Source: Takakia lepidozioides (lineage: Eukaryota; Plantae; Bryophyta). From it: DNA of 64,000 nucleotides. The notes beneath the pieces were generated by a model. The model saw only the letters and a program-made list of their open reading frames with translations, was not told the origin of the DNA and did no database searches. A program made the translations under genes and the position numbers. The stretch is taken from NCBI GenBank assembly GCA_030704615.1, contig CM060731.1, forward strand, positions 51,088,001 through 51,152,000, written 5' to 3'. This document shows, in pieces, positions 22,702 to 33,395 of the stretch (positions are counted from its first letter, which is position 1; each line of letters opens with the position of its first letter).

Positions 22702-25700
22702 CTACCCAGCACTTTCCAAAGCCCTGCAAAAACTCAAAAAGCCTTCCCCAAGACCCATCTTCTTTTCTCCCTTATAATCATCATCTCCCCGCTGCCTGAA
22801 CATGTAATGGTTATCTCACTCTCACTCAATCTCCCAAATACGTACCTTTCTCTACAAAATACAAAGCCTACCGCCGCTCCCCCATAATTACTTGGCCCCA
22901 CCACACTACCTATCTACTCTTCACTCATCTCTAAATCTGTTGCAAACCCAACCAGGCGCCGTGCATAAGATTCTCGGTGACCACCTAGCCACCATAACCG
23001 TTCCCAACCCAGACCTTCTGGAAACCACTAACAAATTTCCCTTCATCTCCCAAGACATCCTCGCCGCCACATTGAAAGCCATTACCCCCCTCCCTGGGTT
23101 CTCCCCGCCATCCGTAACTACACCCCCCTCCCCACCACCACCCGCACCCTTTCAACCCAACACAACTGATCCTATCTCTATATCCGAAAGTAACACCAAT
23201 TCATTCATTATCACCTCCTGGAACGTCGGTTCTCTCGCTACTAGTATCCAGAGCCTCATCCACCATCCCCCCATATCATACTACTACAAGAAACCAAGCT
23301 GCACACCAGCAATACTAATAGCTCATACATCAATAAACTCCTTCCGGACTACTGCCTCTTATACGGTAACCCCCTCACCGCCCCACAATGTCTCCTAGGC
23401 GCTCCACACCATACAAACCCACTAGGGCGGTGTTGCACTCGGCATCCTACGTTCACATCACTCACCAAGCACCACCACTAAAATAACTCTACCCATTCAT
23501 CTTCGATCTCACCTCCAAATCGTCCAACTACATCCGTCAGCACTACGCCCCATTATCCTCATTCATCTATATATGCCTTCTCACGTGGAGGACCTACCAC
23601 TTATACCCGATATACTAAACACCATATCCACACAATGACCAACCCCGATCATCTACAATACCATATCATTTATGCAGGAGACTTCAACAGGGACATTGCT
23701 CTACTTGGCCATACCTTCAATGGCACGCATAAACCCCCTACGCAAGTTGATCGTAACTGGGCTCGGTTCACGTCACAACACCTTCTCAAATATATCCCCA
23801 CGGACCATCACTACTCCAGACAAGGAGGACTCAACTACTCCTCACTAAGCCTCATAGATGGATTTTACCTCAGAACTAATGAGGACATCCCCCTATATCT
23901 TATGAGTCACGTACACATAGATAGTCTATGCAACTCCAACCACTACCCTATATCCCTCTCCCTCCCTCCATCGCTTATTCCCTTTCGACCCATCCCCGAC
24001 GTACACATACCCCCTCCTCAACCGCGCCTCCTCTCCCCCATACCCCAACGCAATATCGTCGCCTTCCAAACTCACTTTCAACCCATCGCTTCCGCTATAA
24101 TACTACAACTTTCCCACATTCTCTCCGACTCAAACATTTCTCAACACCCAGACACTACCTGGCTTGAAGCCGAACTCACCCTCACATCCATCCAACAATT
24201 AATGACCACCAGTGTATTAGCCACCTGCTCTGCCCCTCCAGAAATCCCTCAGACCACGTATTCAAAACAGAACGGGGGCTACCTCACCCGAACCCAAAAA
24301 TGGGAATGGACCTCCCACCTTAACACATACCACACTATACGCCGAGCTCTCACTATTATCCCCAACCCTTCCACCGCCAATCATTTCAACAACTGGCAAA
24401 GTGACCGCCGTATCTCGTGCCTACACGCTATCCCGACATGTCAATCACTCCTACCCCCCCCTACTGATCCCTCCACTTTACCTAAATGGATTGCTACCCT
24501 ATCCAAAGTAGGTAGAGACGTGAAAAAAACGGCCTATAATATTACTAAACAAAAAGCTACCACCAATCATAAGAAATTCATCTCTTCCTTTGGACAACTC
24601 TTGCATGACCATCCTAAACGTGCCCACAAAGCCATCTTCAACCCTGCTCTCAACCCCCCCATTGACTGTCTACGACACCGACTTGGCCACCTGTTAACCA
24701 ACCTGATGATATCAGAAATGAAATGTGGGCTCAAGCCTCGGCATCTTACACACCTACAATCCCGAACTGTCTCCATCCCAATAAGCATACTCCAGACTGC
24801 CTGTGTAAAGTCAAACACTACCCATGGCACGACCTTGACGGATTCTCTCTTGATAAACGGGGCTCTCCCGATGATAAGATCCTAAGTCTTTTTACTAAAG
24901 CCCTATATGACTCATGCCTTCAATCCCTCTCCAAAGCCAAGGCCCCTGGCCTGGACCTCATCCCCAATGCCATTCTCCAAGCACTCAATCCCCAATTGCA
25001 CTCTCTTCTATTTAAATTCTTTCAACTTTGTTACCGTCTATGTCGTATCCCCCCATCATGGAAGCATAGCCGCACCATTCTCCTATATAAAAAGGGGGAC
25101 CCCACCGATCTTGGCAACTACCGCCCTATTGCACTGACGAACACTATATATAAACTCTTCACTAGTACACTGACCACGACGTTCTCAAGCTACGGGGAAC
25201 ACCACCGCATTCTTAGTGATCCCCAAGAAGGATTCCGGGCCATCCGGAGTACCACCCGCCAAATACAATATGTACTCTCCGCTCTAGAAGATGCCAAACT
25301 CACCAAACAAGACATCTACCTCTTATACATTGACTTTAAGAATGCCTTCGGATCCCTGGATCATGCTCGGCTCCTTGCCATTATGACGGACCTAGGATAC
25401 CCAACCGATGCCATTCAACTCATAGGCAACATCTATACCGGTAGTACCACGGAATACTCTGGCTCATACTACGGCTCCACCCCTCCTATCCCAATTCTTC
25501 GAGGTACCATTCAAGGTGACACCTTAAGCCCCTATCTCTTTATCATCTTTTTAGAACCATTCTTAAGATGGATTGACCGTGGAAAATTAGGCTACCACTA
25601 CAAAACCTCCCCTAACGAAATCTCCGCTACAGCATATGCCGACGATCTAGCCATCCTAGCCCACAAACCTCAACACCTTAATTGTCAAGTGGACAAATTA

Positions 25701-28295
25701 TTTCGATTCAATCAATGGTCGGGCATGGAGCTAAGCCTGCACAAATGTGCTGTCACTGCAGCTACCCACCACAACAAGCTTACTAAAACCACTATTGCCT
25801 CACACTGTAAGCTACACATCCACTATCGAAACAAAAACTTCCCATTCTTAGGCCCAGATGAACCCTACACCTACCTAGGTATACAACTTGTTCCCTCATT
25901 TACATGGCACTTACAAAAAAGCACCACGCTCTCTAAACTAACCGATAGAAGCTTGGCCCTCCTCAAATCTCCAATCTCCATCCGTCCCAAACTCTCTCTC
26001 ATTCAATCCGTACTCAAACCACAAGTCTAATATTCCTTTCATGTTGCACCCTTCTCCCTCCCTGATATCAAACTAATTGACAAGAACTTCATTCAACTCA
26101 CCAAACGTATCTGTGGCCTTCCCACCAGCACCCCCAATGCCTTCACCCAGCTCCCAACTGACAACTATGGCATTGGTACCTGCTCACTAATTACCTCCTA
26201 CGCTCGCACCCTAAGCACATAACTACAAGAAGCTCTCAATGACCCCGGACGATTAGGCCTCATCTATAGGGGTCTCCTCAAATTCCTAGCTACCAAATAC
26301 AATGGCCTATACTCCCTCCCAACCCTATATCCCCAATCTTGCCGCCACTCCCCCACTGCAAGAACTATATACATCCTACGTCAAATGAACATTAGCATAC
26401 AAACCGATCTCCCCGGCTATCCTAACACCACCTCACCCCTTGAACAAGCTTGGCTTGACAGTCCACTCCTCCCTGCATTTGAGGAACGCCAAAAATTGCC
26501 CATCTTTGCCTACTTTAAAGTACGGCACATCACGACACTTGCCCAACTCACCACAGCCTCTGGCTACAGACTACTCACTCCTAGCGAGTTCACCCTCAAA
26601 TATTCTAGAGCTACCGTCAAAACTTGTCGATACCTATCCCATCTTCGTTCTCTTTTTTGCCATATGACCACTTCCTGCACACTTGAGTGTGACCTACCCT
26701 GCACACTCTTCCCCCATAATAAACAAGATCTCCTCCCTCAATATAGAACAACCCATAGCGGGCCCCAGGGCTGGATACGGTATTTACCATGCCGCTACCA
26801 ACCAAGGGATTGCCCTACGCCTTCCCGGCCCAGCCAACATCCAACGTGCTGAACTCATGGCCATCCATGATGCCCTCATCCAACTCCCCTCACTCCCCCC
26901 ACCCCACTATATCTTTACCGATAGCCTTACCTCACTATTTCTCATCCGTAACCACCTCTCCCGCCCTTCCTCGCATCACCACCACCCTGACCAGAACCTC
27001 ATCGCCACGATCGTCCATCTTGCTATCTCCTTGAACCAACCCATCCATTTTCTCAAAGTTCGCTCATACACTGGTATCACTGGCAACAAAATGGCTGACC
27101 TCTTTGCCCAACGCGGGGCCACCCGGCCCCCGGTGGATCCTACTCCAGACCCCATCCATGTTGCCCATGCCTATCCATTCTGGTTCATCCACCCCGTTCC
27201 TGCCCCCCCGGAACCTCGTCCTATCCGGAACCTCTTTACCTCCTTTACTCAAGAAACTAGCAAACAAGCCTCGACTTCCGCTAGCCACACTAAACTACAC
27301 TTCCAGAAGTGGACACAATCCTCGGTACTGAACCATAAACTGTCTAATCACTTCTGGCACACTAATCTTGCAACTGATGCTCAAATAAAACAGACCCTTA
27401 AATTCAGATATGCACAGTACATGGGCCACCAGCGGAAACACACCTTCTGGCCCCATATTTTTCCCTCCCCAAATTGTCCACTCTGTGCTAGCACCCACTT
27501 GACCTGTGACACTTGGCTTCACCTGCTTCGCCAATGTACACATCCCGTCATTCATGGCCTTCGTATTACTCGACACAACCATGCCGTCTGGCACATCCAT
27601 AAACTTCTCTTACGACGGCCTGAAACACACTGGTTCTCACTCATCAATGCTGGAACCTACCAGGGCAGGCCCCCGGACCACACTGTACCCTCATGGCTAC
27701 TGCCATGCTCCTGCTGATCACCCCCACCCTATACATGCCCCGCCAGACTCTGTCCGGACATTCTACTAGTGCATGGGCTGCCCATAAACGCACCACTGCC
27801 TAGCACCCCATCCCCAAACCTCAGCATTCACTTTATCGAATTCACATACTGTAATGACCGCTACCCCAGCTCTTCCACTCTAGAAAAAACGTCAAAAATC
27901 CGCCCCGCTCATCCTCGCAATACGCCGGCGTGGCTGGTCCACAGGCCCCCCTAACTGTCATTACGCCGGCACTAGAGGCGGCATCCACAATGCCAGCATC
28001 TCTGCTCTTCACGAAAACCTCAAAATCCCTTTCTCCCCCATACACAAAATGTTTTAAAGCAATCCAACTGTCGGCAATACGCTCTCTCACTGCTATTATC
28101 ATTAACAAAAGGCAACTTGAATCCAGTCTATCCGCTATCTCTTAGGTACCCTCGGATACCCTTTCTCTTTTGGTTGCTGGGTGCCCCCCGGGCACCCTCT
28201 AGTTTCATAGGGCCCACCCCTGAAAGGGGGCAGTAGCCGTGGAAGTGGTGGCTCTTAGTTACGCCGGCTTCGGCCGGAGTCATCTCTCTCTCTCT
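20621..28295 (+). mobile_element. Dualen/RandI-like non-LTR retrotransposon (APE + RT + RNase H + CCHC + RLE), degenerate
   Basis: C-rich coding strand. The domain motifs are listed in the polyprotein feature. The 3' UTR has GC-rich stems and ends in a (CT)n tract. The 5' boundary is approximate. Confidence 0.85.
22454..28145 (+). pseudogene. LINE polyprotein: 2A-like motif, APE endonuclease, reverse transcriptase, RNase H, Zn finger, restriction-like endonuclease
   Basis: APE: ITSWNV, LLQETKL, LYMPS, AGDFN, SLIDGF, SNHYPI (23200-23955). RT: KAPGLD, GNYRPIAL, QEGFR, YIDFKNAF, GTIQGDTLSP, YADDL, YLGI (24920-25890). RNase H: AGYGIY, QRAELMAI, IFTDS, KVRSYTGITGNKMAD (26760-27120). Zn finger: CPLC...HLLRQC. 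RLE: RHN...RLCPDILL...FIEFTYCND...EKTSK...GW...AGTRGGI (27570-28000). Confidence 0.88.
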
Positions 28296-28362
28296 GCGAC
28301 AAAGCATGGTTTTCTTAACCTCAGAGTTGACCCCTCTGCAGAAAAAGTTAAAAAGAGAGAGG

Positions 28363-30410
28363 GAGAGGGAAACTATTCATGTCATGTCAAGACATGGACA
28401 AGACCCACTAGGGTCATTGTCAATTAAAGATATAAACAGCCCAAAACAAGGCACCATCTAACATTTCCATTCTTGTTATAGCTTCCCATGAATTGCCATC
28501 ACCCAATCAGTCATGATAAAAAACGGTGGGAGGGCGGGGTTTGTTCATGTAGGGGATACAAGCATCTTGAACACCCAAGATCCGGCCATCTTGGCCAATG
28601 AATCATTAAATTGCAGGTCACGAGCTTGGTGTCATGACAAGGTCAAAATCACTGATTGCAGCACCTTACCTTATCAGCTTTTTATTACATAGGGTCATGC
28701 ATCAAGCAAAGTATAAGGACCAACCTGCAATATTTAAGAATCAAGACATGCCTCCAAGCAATCCACTTGGGCATGATAAAATAGATTCCATACCATTTGT
28801 AATCGCCCCAAGACGTGTAATCATACGTGGCGTCAAGGGGACAAGATAAGACATTGCGGCCTATATGCAGGCTGCAAGGCATCTTGGTTCAGCCTGCTCA
28901 CATACCTTACCAGCAGGTCATGTATTGAAGGAGCACAAAGTGCTGAGGTCATGCAAAGGGCAAGGTACCATGGTCCAGCCTGCCCTATTACCATTTCAAG
29001 ACACGTTTTCAAACATACATCTTGGGCATGACCCACAGGTTGCAACATCTTACCTTATCAGCCATTAATCACGGCAGGTCATGTATCAGTAAAGGCATAA
29101 GGACCAATCTGCAATTTGTCAAGCAATCCTACTTGGGCATGATGAAATAGATTCCATACCATTAATATTCACCCCGAGACATGTGATCATACAAGGTGTC
29201 AAGGGAATGTGAATTCAGCCTGTCAAATTGCAAATTCAAGACTTGTACATACAAGCAACTTGAACAACCGAGATCCAGCCTCTTTTGCACATAAAAAACC
29301 AGATTGCAGGTCATAGGCCTGATGTCATGACAAAGCCAAAACTATAGGTAGGATCCCATTACAACTTACCATCCTCATCCTTCAAGAGGTCCATGCTAAA
29401 GCTTGCAAAGAACACCTCATTATGATCCATTACACACCCGAAACAGGCCCGAAAAGGAGCAGGTCGGTGCCTTATCAAGCTGCCGCCATAACATTCAAGG
29501 CCACCATGTCCATAGAGACCCAATAACCGCCAAAAACATACCACATAAAACCAGATCCTCTTTGGCCCAAAGCACTTTCATCCTAGCTCAATAATCCACA
29601 GGCCCTGCTGTCAAAGATCAAAAAGTAGGGTATGGTTTGTATGCAGGCCTCAAGAAACAGGCCAGACAGGCCGAGCTCCCCATTGATGGCAGAACGACAA
29701 AGGCCAAAACATAGGCTGTAGCATGCCAAACCAGGAGCAGTCGGGTTAAAATCGGGGCTGCAGGCAGCAGCCACCTCATAGCGCAATAACCCACAAGTCT
29801 CCTCAGCCCATATCCCAATCTGCATGCTCAAGAAACTTCAAAGTAAGTGAGGATCCTCACCTGGTCCCATCATAAGCCCCCACAAAATCAACAGATTAGT
29901 GAGGATTGTGGAACCCCAGGTGAATCACAGACCCTCACACTTGTCATCGATGCAACTAAGAAACTCAAAAGCAAGAGAATGAGAGAATCCCTAAACTCTA
30001 AAGGCACCTTAAGCGATTGGGGAAGAGGGTTATGTGCCATCACCGCCCGCAGCAAGCCGCCTCCAGAAAGCACAAAAGCAATGAAGCAAAGTAGGCACAA
30101 TCGCAAGGCACTAGAAAGGAGGGAGAGATACTTCCCAGCATAAGTGCCCTTGCTAATTATAAAAAAGCCAGAGGAGGGAAGATGCCATTGCATTCATAGC
30201 AGTGTTTCCCGCTGCACGAGAGACAAGGCGCCGCCTTCGCGCCTCCCCAGGCGCTCGTCCAGCACGGGTATGACACCACAAACGGGGTAGCCACCGAAGC
30301 ACGTCCGCCATAACACTTTCCCCGCGAGCTGAGAAGCACATCGCGTGCTTCTGACAGCGGGAGAGACGACATAGGGTTTTTTTGTCCCCCGATTTTTCAT
30401 CCGTGGATGA
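28363..30410 (-). repeat. Copy 2 (inverted) of the ~2.1-kb unclassified repeat
   Basis: The reverse complement aligns with 2250-4270, e.g. cacggatgaaaaatcggg, ttccacaatcctcactaa, gggaccaggtgaggatcc, gacaatgaccctagtgggtcttgtccatgtcttgacatgacatga. Confidence 0.75.
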
Positions 30411-33395
30411 AAAACAGTAGAACGCATCCTTATACCCTACCACTCCCACGAGCCTTTACGGCCCGCCATCCCCACGATCTGGTCACCGTGCCCACCCGTT
30501 GTGTCCGCACCACGACTTCCAATGGTCACGGTCAACGGTCACGGTCAACCATTACGACCTGGGCTCGTGGTATCTCGTGATACCGCCCCAACGGTCCATC
30601 ACGACCACTATTCTCCGTTCCCTGGAACTCCCAACGAGTTCCCATGCGTTCCCGAGCTCTCCCTGAGCTGGGGTTTGCTCCTGCACCTGCTGCCGACGAG
30701 CTATGGCTTCTGCGAAGCCACCAGACCTGCTGCCATGCTCTCTTGGGCTCTCACGACCCACCAGAGGCACCCTAAACTCAACAAGCAAGCATTATGTTGC
30801 CCAACAAGCTCCATTTCTTCATGAAGCCCACAAACGAATCTGAAAATACACACCTTTACAAACTTGGTGCACCTGCACTTCTCATGCATATCCCCTGGCT
30901 CTAGGGCGCCTCGTTGCTGCCCTTCCAGCCCCGCTCTTGCCACTCCAAGAGCCCTTACACTGCTGAGTTTCAAATTGAAACTCCAACTCAGCACATGCTT
31001 CACAAGTGCACTGATTTGCACACAAGAAGAACCAGCCCCCTCTCTTCACTCATACCTCTTCATGAGCTTGGAGCTAAAGCTCCCAACGGGCTGCGATGCA
31101 TTCCCTCGCAGCTCCACTATTCGGCTGCTCCTCATCTACCTGCAACAACTAGTTTCGGACAGAAATACCTGGAGCTGATCGTATCATCTCCAACCTCCAA
31201 CACGCTAGTTTCCCATGCGCAGCCCACATTTTTGCAGCTCCTTAACTCGGCCTGCAGCTGAAGAAGACGACCACTAGTTCGCCCACTCGTGGCCAACATC
31301 TCCTCCGCTTCACACTAGAAGCCCAAACTTGGTTGCCATAGCGTTGAGCTATGCAACGCCGTTCTTCAACATAAGCTACCCGCCTCTCTATCCATGACAA
31401 ACTTGCAACCTGTTCGCCTTTGCACTCTATCCGTTCTGGATAGGCTCATGCACGGCTCCCTGCACTCTAGGCTGAACCGCTTCTCATGATCTGAAAACAC
31501 AAGTGCTACAACTAACTCGAATCTGGCACTCACAGACTTGAGTTCATCTTTCTCGAGTGATAAAGAAAATGAATAATGATACAAGCACACAAGCTCTCTC
31601 AAACTCTCATACTTGCACATGAAAACATCACTCATATATTAAGTCGAGCCAAGTGCACCCCACGCCATGGGGAATCCACACTATAGCACCATAGCTAAAC
31701 GCGGTGAGGCTCAACTCGAGAAAGATGAGCCCACCGCGATCTGCCGTGAAGATAACAATGCCAGGTGCCCAAACATGTATTGGCCCCTGGATTGACACTT
31801 GGGTCAATCCCAAATGTCAATATATGAAAGCTAGCTATTTCCTAGCTAACTTCACACTAGTGGTAAAATAACTTGACACTTTGAAGAACGACGAGGCGGC
31901 AAGCCAGCAAGAGTGGTGGGCCAGCGTGCACGGTGCAAGCTAGGGTGGTGGGAGTTGGTGGTGGGGAAGTACGGTGCAAGCTAGGGTGGTGGGAGTTGGT
32001 GGTGGGGAAGTGACATACTGCGACAAGGACGGCCCCTGAGCCATAAGGTGCAAGGAATGGTGGTGGGCCAGCGACCTCTCCATAAAGAATAGGCTAGTGT
32101 CGCATCGAGCCCCATGTGTTGGAAATGGTAGATGTAGTGCCGATCTTTTTTGAATGTGGTAAAACTAATTCCCTTTACAACAATTGTACTATACTGAGCT
32201 TGCATACGAGGCTACATACCGATGAATCGAGCCTCTCCAATCGAGCCTCTCCGGTTCGATTCAACAGCTATGAATGAATGGCCCTAACAATAGAGGGATG
32301 AGAATCTAGAGTATATTGAAAATGGCTATTTATTGGGGAAGGTATGGTCTTGATAGATAGGTAATAACTGAGAAGGTATATCACGAGAAAAAAATCCAAT
32401 GCGCGGTCTCAGGCTCCTTAGAGAGGAGCCAACAAGCAAACTACCTTGCTTCATATATTGATGCAGCATGGTTACATTGCCAAATACGTTGAAAAGCCAG
32501 GCTAGAAAGAGACATTGATGATGAATGAGCAGTATTGTGGTCGAGCGATCTACTCTTGACCTAAACCTAGCCAAGCTATATTTGCGGATCAGTGTTGGTA
32601 GTTACAACTGATTTCCTTAAACAACATCCTCTTGCTATGGTACCATGCAGCCACCTTCTTCTTCACGATGAGATACATGGTTGTCGATCGATCATATCCT
32701 GGATTTCAGTTTTATTTCGCCGAGCTCCACAAGGGGCTCTACTTGTATAGATCGCACACATTCACGTAACTTCCTAGGTCTCGCAAGTTATAGAATGTAT
32801 TTTCTGAGAGTGCAAGTTGTGGCAGCATCACATGCAGACTGCAACATTGTTCACAAAATAAACTAGCTGGTAGGATGGCATTTGCTGTTGTTGTTGTAGT
32901 ACCTGTCAGATTCTACAATATTCCACCGCACGGAAGAAGCATGCCAGATAGTGGTCATATCTGCACCACAATCAAAGCCACGCCCTAGCAAGAAAACAAT
33001 TCAATATCATTCCTAGCTAGCTATTTGGTACTGATCAAAGTGGCACTTTAACCTTGCACAGTCTGAAAGTTGCCGATCTGAGAGAGATCTGTGTGAACTC
33101 CAGACGTTGCCACAAGAACATGTGTCAGATTCGTTTCGGAGAGCTCAGAAATGACTTTAATTTTTCATCACCACGTGTGGTCGAGTGGTAGATGCAGCTG
33201 TGGGAGATATCGCACCTGCTGGTCTTGCGACTTTGGCCTGCAGGTATGGCTACTAAAACTAGGACTCCACGGCCCATGCAACGACTGTGACTTCCTTTAG
33301 ATCCCGTGATACAGGGTGGTGTGGCGCAAGTCAGTGATCAGAGTGTAGTAGATAAGGAAGATTGGCCACATTAGCCCGTGGAGCAGTTTGTCATC

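Noticed and set aside
30420-31900. Possible LTR-retrotransposon remnant, and CACTAGTGG at ~31855
   Set aside because: No LTR pair, PBS, gag/pol motif or partner TIR could be identified.
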